Assembly: GCA_013239625.1 (NCBI GenBank)
Contig: MU054391.1
Span: 4,111,824-4,175,823 of the forward strand
Direction: 5' to 3'
Length of the DNA stretch: 64,000 bases
Source: Lama guanicoe
Lineage: Eukaryota
Position numbers and translations under genes: made by a program
The notes under the pieces: generated by a model
The model's database searches: none
What the model was told of the DNA's origin: nothing
What the model saw: the letters and a program-made list of their open reading frames with translations, nothing else
Shown here: in pieces, positions 34,760 through 47,324 of the stretch
Position numbering within the stretch: the stretch's first letter is position 1
Layout: the number at the start of each line of letters is the position of its first letter

Positions 34760-35250
34760 TATTTTTGAGCATCGATTAGGAACCATGCATTTCACTAAGC
34801 ACTGGGGTAAATAAAAACCAAAACACTACGTTCTTCCTTAAAGGGTTGGTAGCACAGTCGATGTAACTACCCTTGAAAGAAGCAAGAGCACACATGGCAA
34901 GCAAAAATCTTTGGCAACTGAAGGAAGGGAGTGGCAAATTCCACAAGGAGAAGTTATTTTGAATTTTTGTTTGTAATGGATTTTGAAGACCAAATAGTGA
35001 TATATCAGGCAGAGAAGGCAGAGTAGCTTTTTCATGCCTGTGACATAAGTTTGCCCTTGAAACAACATAGCCATTTCGAGAACCACAGGAAAGATATGAG
35101 GGGCAGAAGTGTGTGGGAAGAGCTTCAGGTGATGAAAGTGAAAACATGTCAGCATGAGTTTTGGAAAGGCTTCAGAAAGGATAATAAGTAGTTTGAGTTT
35201 CATCCTGTATAGGTGATTTCAAGAACAGTGGCCTGATCAAAACTGTAAGA
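34760..35250 (-). mobile_element. L2 fragment
   Basis: 'caatatttttgagcatc...ccatgcatttcactaagcactgggg', 'gtagtttgagtttcatcctgtatagg'. Confidence 0.6.
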
Positions 35251-36911
35251 TTAGCTTGCTTACAACATAAGGATCAACTAACTCATACTTGATTCAACAC
35301 ATAATTTTAGGGGGAGCACTTTTCATGGGCAGAGAGTGGGCCTGTATTGTTTAGTGCTGGTGCAATGCACTTCCTAAAGCACAAAGAGAAATGCTGCCAG
35401 TGCTCAGCCTCCTATGATCCCTTCTTTCCTCGGGGACTCAAAAGTTCAGTGACAGCCTAGCTTAGTCAACAACTATCATATTATAGTAAGCTGAGCCAGA
35501 AACGAGAGACACAGGGATGTCAAAAGCTAGATTCCTTCTCTCAAAATATTATAAGCTAACAGGACAGAAACATTTAACCTCCTAGCAATGGGGTGTGATA
35601 AATAATATAATAGATGTTTGTACAGGAGAGAGAGCAAAGAAGAGGCAATTGACTATTCTTGGAAAGAAGTTTTCCCATGTTAAGGACACATTTACCATGA
35701 GTTTTAATGGACAAAATTGGACTTTACAAGGAAGTTGAAGGGGAAAAATGGCTTCCAATCACATGTGTTTTTGTTTTCTTTCATGATGTTTTGTCTTCAC
35801 CTGGCATGAAGGGAGAAACGATTTTTCCTCTGGTTCCCATGGCAATACTACCATGGCTGCCATATGCAATTTCTCTTCGGTGAGTGACTCATGCCTAAAT
35901 TTCACTTATGCAGTCTTATTATATGGTTAGACCAGCTCTTTGAAGTAAACAACTACTCTCAATTTTGTAAACAAGAAAAATAACTTCTAGGTAGTGTAAG
36001 TTTGTGGTTATCACAATGGAACTCTGTAAGGCAGAAAAGAATCCTGTCCATCCTATCAAAACATATGCTATGCTCAAAGATAGTGTCCCATTTATGCCTC
36101 TGTGTTAACAATGTCTTGTTGGACTCTAATTGCATGCCTTTGTGTGACACAGGGGCTCTGCCTGTTTAACGCTGTGTCCCAAGTGCAGAGACCTAATAGG
36201 TCTCCCAAAATATTAGAGGAATGAACACATAAATTAATGCATAAACCCCTAAAAATATCCTTTGGGACTTATCCAGTTTTACCAGATATGAAGACCTGTT
36301 GTTTTATATGCTTTGCCTTCTGAACTAAATAATTTGCCTCTCGAGGGCAGAGCTTGTCTTAATTCTCTGTACCCCCGACAGCACTTGATACAGAGCCTTG
36401 TCCAATACAGGAGACCCTGATAGAGTTCTTCAAGTGAATTACCAATTTCTGGTAGATTTTGGAGTGGACTTCAGTCCTTAGGCTTAGTTTTGAAGAACAA
36501 CGTCTCATTATCCCACCAGCTAGGTTGTCGCTCTCCTGCTATTCTGAAGACTTGAAATCATTGCTTCATTTTCCCCCCAGGATTGTTTCAGCTCTGGATT
36601 TTAAAATACCTTCTCATGTCTCAGACTTTGTGGCTAATCTGACCCATCTGGGGGCCTTTTTTTCTCTAGGGACATCAACAGAAAACTCAGCTTCCACTTG
36701 AGCAATAAGTTTAGATCCCAACTGTTTTCATTCTTATAAGATATGTTAGCAAATTATAATTGGGGGGTGGGGGGAGGAATTAGTAGACCAAAAAAGGGAA
36801 GATAGCTGTCTTGAAACACCCTGGCTACAATTCTAATCTATGCTACGGTATTACTATATTTTAATCCAAATTTAACATCTGTTGGAAGTAAAATTAGAAA
36901 ATCTGTTTTTG

Positions 36912-37023
36912 GAATATGAAAATGAATATTTGTATGTATGTGCATGACTGGGACATTGTGCTGTGCACCAGACATTGACACACTGTAGCTGACTGTACTT
37001 CCATTTAAAACATTTAAAAAATT
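36912..37023 (+). mobile_element. Very short young L1 3' end with perfect 13-bp TSD
   Basis: TSD 'aaatctgtttttg' at 36899-36911 and 37024-37036; body 'atgaaaatgaatatttgtatgtatgtgcatgactgggacattgtgctgtgcaccagacattgacaca'. Confidence 0.9.
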
Positions 37024-37769
37024 AAATCTGTTTTTGCTCCATTTAAAACTCCAAATTGCTGCCCGTTGGTTTGACTTTGAGATATCAGTATCTTTGGTGA
37101 GAATGAAAGATTCTCCTCTAAGAAGAGATCGGCATCTTTACGAAGCTGCTGCTGCCCAGCGGTCCTGGGCTCGGTGGAGTTCACGGTCAGGTCTACCTGG
37201 ATGACACTAAGTGCAGGAACGTCCCCACCTGCTTGTGGCTCTTAGCGATTATTCTCTCCTGAAGGAAGCCAATGAGCACCATTTTTATGAGAATGTGGGT
37301 TGCAAAATAACTGCTATGTGCACCTTTATTGAGATTTTCCATTCTTCTGGGAAAAACCAGTAAATAGTGAGGTGGTCCAAAATCCAATCAATCAGCAAAG
37401 AATTACTGGTGACCCGGTTTCCCTAAAGTATAAGCCTTCCCTATCCAAACGTCTAGTAAACAAACCCCAAACCTTGAAGACATTCTCTAGTCCTCTCTTG
37501 GACTCCTACCAATTTCATCATTATGAATTATTATTGATCACTATAGACCTTAAATATTTCTCCGATCCATTCTTTTCTCTTCTTTCCCTGTCATAGTTTT
37601 AATTCAGGCTTGCTACAACATTTTCCTGACAAACGTGCGTTGCCCCTTACCTGGGCATTAGGGAATGAGAAGAGAGGAGCAGGGAAGCTCGTACTTTGGA
37701 GAACTTAACGGCATGAGGTTTTCACCCCCTGAAAGGAGACATCATTACTCCTAACTTCAGCCATAGGGT

Positions 37770-38200
37770 TTAATATCATTCCAAACACTTCACTCCCTTC
37801 CTCTGTCGAAGGAGAGTGCATAGCCTCTGCTCTGTGGCTCACGGTGACCGACCCTCCCTCCCACGAGAAGAGTGTTCTCACCATCCTGTGCACACGGGCT
37901 CGGCCATGTGATTTGCTTTGACTAATGAAATCTGTGCAGAAGAGGCGTGGGCCTTTTCCAAGCAGAAGTTTGAGAGCCACGGTGTGGTGTGGCCGTGGCC
38001 TTTCCCCTCTGTCAGGAGGGTGCCACGTCCCAGACTGGGACTGCTCTCCCAGCGGGGGTCCTGGAATAAAGGAATGCAGACGAGCAGCAGCTGACCTCAG
38101 CCTATACATAACATATGCGAAAAAGCAACCTCCGTGGGTTCAACCCCTGAGATCTGAGGGCTCTCTCTTACTCCCGCTTTATGTCACAGCACCTCATCGA
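37770..38200 (+). mobile_element. Old MaLR LTR (MLT1J/K/L-like)
   Basis: 'ggccatgtgatttgctttgactaatgaaat', 'ccaagcagaagtttgagagcca', 'cccctgagatctgagggc'. Confidence 0.7.
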
Positions 38201-40449
38201 TGCGATCAGCATTTCATCTGGAAGGTGATTTAGTTCCTCATAAAAAAAGTGATTTTGTAGCAGTCGCTATTACATCAGGGCAAACTGTCATTGGGTTTAT
38301 GAAATAGGTCTCTTCTGTAGAACAGCTGATGAATATTGATTAAATGAGATAATATATGGGTAATACATGGACGGCAAAGTGCTGAACACGGAGCAGATGA
38401 TTTACAAATGCTGGTGTCCCTGCCTAGGTCTGCTCTTTATTAATTTAAAATGACTCAGCTGTGTGTATTTAATGTCTTAGCTCAATCCAAACAGTGACGT
38501 TTTCCAAAAGTCTTTCCCCTTAAAAATAACTTTTTGAAAAAGCAGCAATGCTTATGCTGCTGGGGTTTTCTTCCTCGTTGACTTGAGAGCATCAACACGC
38601 CACGCTCTCTGGTGGCTCAGTTAACAATTAACCCTGACAGAAAGGGCAGCCAACCTTCGTCCTATAATTGCGCTGTAATTCTGGTCTGAAGAAGGCTGTT
38701 TCATCAGCAGCTAGCTTTTGTTAAACCTCTATTAAGTGCTGGGCTCAGGCACAATAAAAATGCATAATTCAGAGACTGGGCTGGGGACGTGTACGCAGCA
38801 TCTCAGGAGGCGAAGTGGCATTCGGGACAGGAAAGGGGCTCCCCAGGGTGGGGACCGAGCGGGAGATTGCTCACCACCGGGACATCGGACAGGCTCCAGG
38901 GCAAGGAGGAATATGACTCATTTCACAAACAGGCTCAGTCTGGGTCTTACAGTGGCGCAAAAAGGGAAGAAACAGCACCGAGAAAGAGGAGAAATAAGAA
39001 GAAAAAAGGGCACTTACTGAGCACCTACTGCATGAAGCGAGGATCTACCTTTCCTTCCTAATTCAATCTTTAAGGCAGGTCTTATGAAGTCGGGATTATC
39101 AGGGAATGGAGGCGTGTGACGTGCTCATTTCCTCACAGCTAGTAAGTGCCCCCTGCTCTGCCCCTTCCACTGCACCAGCGGTCTAGGCAAACCAGGCAGT
39201 TTTCCTGACACGTTTCCTCCTAGCCCACACTGCATCAACATCCCTTATCACCCCAGTCGGCTGTCCTAGGGCTGAAATGGGAAACACAGATCATTACAAC
39301 ACTAACTACAGAGCCCCGCGCTCTGCACCCCTTCATGCCTCCGCACGAGCTGTGCCCTCTGCTTGGAGTGCTCTCCTACCCTCCTGCCGCCCGACCTGCC
39401 CCTGCGAGCCATGCCCACCCCCGCCCCCCACACCTCTCCCAGCCTGGCCCCTCCACCTGGTCAAGACCAGCAGTGCCCCTTCTGCGACTGCCCCGCGGTG
39501 AGTCTCTGCGCCCCCTTATCCCTCTCCACTCACATATTAAAATCATTGTCTTCATGTCTGTCTCTTTTCTCCCCATCCTCACCCCCAAGACTGAGTTTCC
39601 TAGGCTAAGGAGCCTTCATTTCCTGAATTTATTTGCACATTTAATAAGCACTGAGAGAGAGAGACTGCCCTGTGCCATGTGACATCCCTGCTGTTGGGGA
39701 CACACTGACACAGGAGAGTGAAATGGCCTCTGTCCTCACCAGGCTTACCCCACTGGACATTACAGATGAGAGTCTGACAGCCATGACAGGGGTCGCTGCA
39801 AAGGCAGGAGCCACAGAGGCTCCCTGAGGACCAGAGTGCAGCACCTCGCCTAGATCTGGGAGGCTGGGAAACCCATCCGCCGGGAAGTGACAGCCAAACT
39901 GGGAGCTCAGAGGGGAGGGGAGGGCAGCAGAGTGAAGGGAGGGCGAGCGACGTCCCGTCCCCGTCCCCGGCACACACTGCTCATGGTAACATTTAAACTG
40001 AAGGGAAGGGCTCCGTGAGAGCTCTTTGCCACCTTAGGCAGCCCGCTCCTGGGAGTTAGCGTGGAATGGGTTAAATCATATCAGGTTTTGTGAGCCAGCA
40101 GCGCACGCTTCCGTGTATGTTGAGTGAGAATTCAGCATATCTTTTAAAAAGAATCCTGTACATGTTCTGATTTATTATCTGCCATGGCCTGTTTACCTTA
40201 TCTTGCTTTCTGAACTCTCCTTTCAGGCTGGAAAGTACAGCTGATAGCAGAAGGTGTGTTTATACCTTGGTGACAGAGAAAAGAAAGTGAAGCAACAGCT
40301 CCTTGAGTCAGAAAGTTGGGGGTTTTAGTGTGTTCTCGGAGCCACTTTCAATAAACTTTCCTGATACGCAGTCAAAGGATGTGGTCTCCATCAAAAGCCC
40401 TTTTCGGTAACCAAGTCAACAAGAAGAGAAAAACACACCTACACACTCC

Positions 40450-40730
40450 CAGGTGCCCAGGAGCAGCCGCGCGCGGGCTCTGGGAGAGGCGCGGGCCGCC
40501 GCTCCTCCGGGCTGACGCCGGCGGGGGCCCGAGGGACCCAGCCTCCTCCCGCTGGGAGCCCAGGGCCACCGCCAGGGAGCTCCCCTCTGCCCTCTCGCCT
40601 CGGAACTGCAGCTTTCTTCCCAACCTGGAACTTTCCGGCCCCCCCCCCACCTCCACCCCCGAGGACGCTGGGTGGTTCCCGCTTTGTGCAGCAAACGCAC
40701 ACCCCCTGGCTTGGCCCGCTAAGCAGCAGT
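40450..40730. promoter_or_regulatory. Small orphan CpG island / GC-rich regulatory element
   Basis: Dense CpGs ('gccgcgcgcggg', 'ggcgcgggccgccg', 'gacgccggcgggggcccg') in non-repeat DNA within an AT-rich window. Confidence 0.65.
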
Positions 40731-41429
40731 GTGGACAGAAAGCCGATCTGGGGGGTGAGGAGTCACCTTTATCAGCTCTGAGCACTGGAGCAAAAACACA
40801 TGCCACCCTTGTCCCAGGGTGAGCAAGACGCCCATTGCCTGGCGCTGCTCCCAGCGTTTTCTAATTTAGGTTTAAGGAATAGCACATATCGCCCAGCCTG
40901 CAGAGTCCCACGTCCAGGAAATTTAAAAACTGGGTGGAATGGACAGTGAGTTCCTCATATCAGATTTGGGGAAACTCTTCACGGTTTCTCTTTACAAAAC
41001 ACCAACAAATTTTCTCATGTGTCTCTGAGCTCCCCCCGCGTGTGCTGGCAGCTACTTCACTGGGTGCCTTTGGCGATCAGGGCACCCTGGCAGCTCGGCA
41101 ATGTGTTGCATTGTTGTTTGCATCTCGTTTACTGCTTTTAGATTTCTGCCTCCTTACCGTGTAAGAGGTAAGAGCATGTTTATGTTTAAATTTACTTTCA
41201 GGATTAAATGGAAGCAGGACAAATTCAAACATTCAGCCCTTAGTATATAGATCAGAAATCAGCAAGGCAAGGAGGGCATCCGTGCTGCTCGCCCCGGGCC
41301 ATCAGCCCCAAGCTCGCTGCGGTGCGCACCGTGGCTACCTATCCACTTGTCTGCAGTACTCGTGACGGATACCGGAGGTTGTCTAGTACTAATCTAATGG
41401 AAACTGGGTGTTTACATATATATATATAT

Positions 41430-41600
41430 ATTTTAAGCCTCACATCCACTCTGAGAAGTAGGTCTCCTGACAGGCATTCAACAATGAAAGAAACTGGGGC
41501 TAAGAGAGTTAAAGTGACGCTACGAAAGGCTCACCACGTGTGTTGGAGCTAGACTTTGAACCCAGACTCCGAGGTCTAAGCTCAGGACTGTTTCCAGTGG
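41430..41600 (-). mobile_element. MIR SINE
   Basis: 'aatgaaagaaactggggctaagagagttaaagtgac...ggagctagactttgaacccagac'. Confidence 0.75.
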
Positions 41601-41629
41601 GTCGTAGTTAGCTCACCGGGAGAAACACC

Positions 41630-42090
41630 AACTTGCCCACACCAGAGGTGGCGCTGCTGCCAGGTGCTCCCTCCACGTGGGGCGGCGGAATCGCAGTGAG
41701 CTGGCTACCTATCCGCTGCTTGTGAGTGATGTCGGTGCTGGGACCTTCAGCGGCGCTGTCCCGACCGTCCCCAGAATAACTCCTGAAGGTAAGAATTAGC
41801 CTCACAGCCGGAGCGGCTGAGGCTGCGTTGGGGAGGATCCGTGTCTCCCAGCCTCGCCCGGCTTTGCCTCCAAAGCCTGCTCTTGGGATCGCTGCTGTCC
41901 TCACGCGGCCACTGACAGGCAGGACATTCAGGGGCTGCACCAAAGAGCAGGGACGCCTAAAGCTCCAGCCGGGCAGTCCCAAATCAGGTGCCCAGCGCTG
42001 CCCGACCGGTAACACCACGCCTCCGCAGCGCCGCGCTCGCCACGTACCAGCTGTCGTTCTTAGCGCTTTAACTCGTTCAAACGCGTGCAT
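41630..42090. promoter_or_regulatory. Second CpG-rich patch with CTCF-like and REST half-site motifs
   Basis: Many CpGs; 'accagaggtggcgctg' (41641-41656); 'ggcgctgtcc' (41752-41761); donor AAG|GTAAGA at 41788/41789. Confidence 0.55.
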
Positions 42091-42829
42091 TTTTTAAAAT
42101 TGAAACCTGTCGGTGATGTACACAATAGCAAACCTCCAGGATTATCACCTTTTGAAGAGTCATCAGAGCAGGATCAACATCTCGTGCACACATCACTTTG
42201 CTCAGCATTTAAACATCACCCATTATTATACGGCCAGCCTGTGGTCAGACGGACAAATAAGGGCCCAGCTGGTGAGACTCTCACAGCACAGAGAGCAGAA
42301 GAGCAGATGCGTGAGTAAACAGACAGCTAGAGTGCGTCAAGCTAAGGGCCCCACGTGTCTTTGTACAGCGAGGGGTGCACTGAGATGGAAGAACCCACCT
42401 GCCCTTGTCTCCTCCGAAGGGCTAACGCACAGTGTGGCCCTGCCATTGAGTGGGTGGCAACGGTGACAGAAATAGAAGAGGTGGAACTTCGGGCTAAGGC
42501 ACGAAGGTGTCAAAGAGTTTGTGATGCCAGTGACCAGTTCCACGAGACTCAGCAGGTCCTAGATGACAGTTGACAGGCTTGGGGTCCAAAGAGGAGATCT
42601 GCGCTGGATCGCAGTGAATCCTGACTGCCATGCTAAAGATAGCTTTCAACCCCCAGATACATTTACCCAGTTTCCTTGGAGTGGATCATGTGCTCTTGGG
42701 AGGCAAGGGGGCAGCCTCCAGGTCAATTTAGCAGGACATGTAATGAACAGATCAGTGTGTTATAATCACAGCAGAAAAGAGAGTTTTTCATACTTCTTTT
42801 AGCAACTAAAGTAAAATCTCATTTTTCAT

Positions 42830-43310
42830 TTCTTAAAAATAATACTTACTTTATCCTGTTTTATGGAATATTATAAGCATTTAGTTACAGAAAAATAAAA
42901 TGAACCCCCATGTATCACTCCCAACTTTATTAAATGGCTGCCCTCTGCCATATATGCTACAGGTGATTTTGTGTGTGTGTGGATTTATAGACATTATACA
43001 GCTGGTGAGGTGCCTGTGGACTGCAGTTGAATTCTGTTCCCCTGATTCTCCCATAGAGATAGTCACTAGATGTGTTTGGTGTTTATACTCCTAGACTAGT
43101 ATTTAAAGAGTTACTATTTATCATGAAAAATTTAAAAATATTTTTGTAGGTTGGAAAACATTTTATAGGTGCTATCAGATTGCATATGCATTTTCTTCCA
43201 GTATACAGTATTTTTTTGCTATAGCAACATGCTTTCGAGATTTTTGCTATTGATGCATATAACACTTCTTTGTTAATTTTAACTGTTGATGAGTATTTGA
43301 TCATTTTTTT
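42830..43310 (-). mobile_element. Old L1 (L1ME-like) 3' fragment
   Basis: 'ttttatggaatattataagcattta', 'cccatagagatagtcacta', 'aacatgctttcgagatttt...gatgcatataac'. Confidence 0.6.
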
Positions 43311-46159
43311 ATACCTCTGTTGAGTGACTTTCTTTTCTGAGGGGAGTTGGCAAGGAACAATGCAACTGCATGAAATTTGTTGTCAAAGTTATAGAATCGG
43401 AAGGCAAAAACAATGTGCAATAGCATTGATGAAGCCAAGGCATTAGCTTGTTTAGCATCAACTTCCATGGGTCATCTGTCCCATTCTGTGATCTACTGCC
43501 TACGATTCTCTCTACAAAGCTCTGTAAGTGGTTTCCTAGAATACCCACAGAGACCAGGAAAACACACTTGATCAGCGTTTTCATTGAAGAACTTTTAAAT
43601 GTTTCTATTTGATGAGATTCTGCATTTTGTTAGGATATTAGGCTTACATGCTGGGGATTCCACTTCTGTGGTGAGCGTGCGTGAACGTTTCTGTGGCTCT
43701 ACAGCAGTTCGCCTCATAGCTATTTATTTTCTAGGATTTCCTCAAAGAGAGCGGTCGTTTGCACATTGGATGGCTAATTGAGGGAGGAAAATGTGTATTG
43801 CATGGTCATTGAATCCACCCTTTTCAACTTTCCCACCACTTCTGCCCTGGTTTACATTAGGTCATTTCAGAAGACTGGAACCTAAATTGTTAATTACTTT
43901 ACTTTCAAGTGATAGGAACATATTTATTCAATGAGGTAGAACTTCCAAGCAATAGAGAAGGAAGCACCGTTCTCTGGGAACTGCTGTGCGTCAGGAACGA
44001 TGTAGGGCATTTTCACCTCTTTCCCCGCTCCATCTAAAGGCTTGAGGGAGACACATTTTTCCCCATTGCAGGTGAAAGAAGTGAGGGGAAAGGATATTAA
44101 ATAATTTGCTCGATGTCACACAGACAGAGCAACAGAAAATAAATACAGTTTTATTCTAGTCTAAAATTTTATTTTTTAGCTCAATAATAAAATTAATGTC
44201 TTTTGGCTAAATAAAAATAAACTTATTTGCATTGAATATTGTCCTAGTGTGTTCTGAGGTCTGCAGCCATCCTGGCAAACTGCAAGATAGGGAGGACATG
44301 TGAGGACTTGTGAGGACTCTGTGTGCCTTTGAACCTGCTTATCCAAACACTCTCAGCTGTTCTGGAAGTTGACAGGCATATTCTATGCAACAAAACATTC
44401 CATTCCTTAGAATCATTATTTTAAAAAAAAATTACTAATGGATTGGCATAGCTTGCAGGTTGGATCATTATAACAATTACCCTGCAACAGCCAAAATATA
44501 TTACAAATGCAAGACCCAGCAAAGTAACACTCCTCTTTGCACGTTTCCCTAACACTGTAGCCAGCCAGCTCCAGATCTGAGCAACCCTGAATTTGAGTGG
44601 AAGGTCCCAGGGAGAAGTGGTGATTGCAGTTAAGTCAATCTGAAAGGCAGTGTGATGGTTAGCAAACCAGATGTCTTGACACATACTAGGCTTCCGGGGC
44701 AGATACCCACCCACAGATTCTCAATTAGGGAAATCTACAATTACCATGACAGCGAGGAGAAGGGTCTGGTGTGCAATTAAAATATTTTGGCTAGGGCTTA
44801 GCTGGCTGAGATACCAGTTAACAGTCTTCAAAAACTCCCATGAAATCTAGTTATTTGAGAAAATGTGAAACCATTTATAAGGGAGCAATCAGTAATTTGA
44901 GAAACTCATGCTGGATTTATTTTTATTTATTTATTTTTTATTAATCTGCTTCATGGCTAAAAAACCATAGATTCTATGATATGGCTTAGATAACAAAAAG
45001 CATAATCCTTATGGGATTTGAGAGGACTTGAGAAGTGAACTGAAGGTGGAAAAGTCCAACAACAATGAGTAAAGATTCTTCTAACAGCTTCAGCAATTTT
45101 AATGCATCTTGAGCCCCAGAAGATTTTGAAGTTTGCAGCTGCAGATGACAATTCCTTTTCTTTCTTTCTTTTCTTTTTTTTTTCTCAAACTGAATTTCAA
45201 CAATGAGGCAAGTGATTGCAGCGTGGCACTAGACAAAAGCTGTTTTCAGAGGATTGCCTGCTTGCGGAGGCCTGGGAAACCCATGCTTCCAAGTCACAAA
45301 CAATAGGTCTTTTAACCTAACACATTGCTCCAAACTGGGCGGTAAACACAGTTCCCAAAATTGTCATGGTCCAACGTGTTAGACAACCTACAATAGGAAA
45401 AGCTTAGCACAGTTTTCTGTGCTCCAGTTACAAAGATGAGCCTTAGAGGCGAGCCTCTTGCACAAGCTGGACAGCAGCTTCCTCCAAGCTGGAACTGTGG
45501 TAGGATTCTCACTTCCGTCTGCATCCTCCAACCAAGGATATCATCCCCCATGACACACACAGGAGTAGAGTACTTGACGGTGTGGGGCCCACTGGAAGAG
45601 ATGGTTGCGATCTCTATGGACCAGACAATATGTAGAGATTCACTCTGACTATTGCCTCTCTACTCATCCATCCCTCCAGTTCAGCTGTATTTTGAAAGAA
45701 ATAAATGATTATTTTCCCTCTGCTCTGGAAATCCCCTATGTTTTAATGCTACTGTAAATGTATTTGAAGAGATGGAAGGGGCCTTTGGTAGCTATGCAGT
45801 GAAACTTCATGGCCAGTCCTTCACTCCTTCAACCAACTGATGGACGATGGAAAGTTGCGGCATCACTGTTGTAATTTCTGGAGGTACAGAAGTCAATTCA
45901 GTGGGACCCGCCCCTCACTGTTTCTCAGGAAGACACATATTTTAACGCAGTTATACTGTAGTGAGTTAGAGAATCGAGCACTGAATACCAAACACCTAGT
46001 GGTGACTGGGCGGTCAAGACTGAATGATCAATACCTTTCTCAGAGAAAGCAGGAGTTGGTTGAATGGAAACCAAGGGAAAAAAAAGAGAGAGAGAGAGAG
46101 GGAGAGAGACAGTTTCCTCACCAGAAGGAACTGCACAGGGACACAAAGGCAAGAAGTAA

Positions 46160-46420
46160 TAATAATAACTAGTATTTATCCATCATGGGCTATGTACCAG
46201 GTCCCGGGTTAAGTGCTCTGTATGCACTATTTCTTATATTCTTTGTGACAAACTTATGAGACAAATACTCTGATTATTCCCATATTGTATCTGATAAAAC
46301 TGAGGTTTGAGAATTAAAATAACTTGTTCAAGTCTAACAGCTAATGAGTAATGGAAGTAGGATTCAAACTCAGGATTCTTTTTCATTTTAGAAACGAGCT
46401 CTTAATGCCACATTGCTAGG
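46160..46420 (-). mobile_element. MIR SINE (near full length)
   Basis: 'ctatgtaccagg...ttaagtgct...attattcccatattgtatctgataaaactgagg...aacttgttcaagtctaacagcta...ggattcaaactcagg'. Confidence 0.85.
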
Positions 46421-46499
46421 ACACTGCATAACCTGGAGCTGTGGAGTCAGGACAAAAAGTCCAGCATCAGGCAGGGACCATGCCTCTGTCATATGCAGA

Positions 46500-47170
46500 C
46501 AAGTGGGAGTGCTTGTAGCACATTAAACAGGGGAGTGACTTCACCATATGAATATTTTCAATGATACTTTTTCTAGCTATTGCATAGATAGGATTGGCAG
46601 GGAGAAGCTTGGAGGGACTGGAGGCGAGAGGAGGTAGAAATTTGTAATTCTGATGAGAGATAATGAGGACTGAACAGAGGTAACAGCATGAAGATGGCAT
46701 GTAGAGGATGGATTTGCAAGATACTTGAGAATTAAAATCTACTTGACTGGGACAAAGGGGAGAAGCTGCAGAGAACTGCCCAAGTGTCTGGGTGGAGAGC
46801 CTTGGTGAGTTGTATCAAGCATCACCAAGATTCTGTAAACAGAATAGCTAACAATGCCCACTGATGATCTGCTGTCCATCACCATCAATCAGCTGTTCCC
46901 AAGCACTGATGTTGAACAGGGAGTCAGGCAGACACAGAACAATGGGGCTAACTTCCTGTGTTGCAGGAGCCTCGAGAGACGAGAGAGTAAGCGAACACAC
47001 ATGACACCTAAGCAGATCTGACTCATGTCTACGGCGGGTTTGGAGAGCGGGCACAGGCAGTGACGTCACAGGAGCTCGGAGGAGAAGTGATCACTCTCAG
47101 CTGGATTTGTGCAGCAGATGGTGCTGGGGAAGGACCTTGAGCTTAGAAGATGGGAGGACACAGGAACATG
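46500..47170 (-). mobile_element. L2 fragments
   Basis: 'taaacaggggagtgac', 'gatggatttgcaagatacttgagaattaaaatc', 'ccaagcactgatgttg...gacacag'. Confidence 0.55.
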
Positions 47171-47324
47171 TACACAGCCCTGGAGTTAGTGTGCTCACGC
47201 AATAATGCCTGAAGTCTAACTTCCACTTTGTGTAACTTATAGGTCAGATGGCAGAAATCCTTGAAGGAGATCATTAAGTGCTTTGGTTTTTTAAATAATA
47301 TTTTCAATGTGTTTTTAAGTGTTT

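Noticed and set aside
40372..40822. Overlapping 144 and 147 aa ORFs on both strands
   Set aside because: They are Pro/Ala/Gly/Arg-rich by-products of high GC content with no domain similarity that I recognise.
41608..42097. 160 aa and 89 aa ORFs in the second CpG patch
   Set aside because: Same GC-driven stop-codon depletion; no protein family features.
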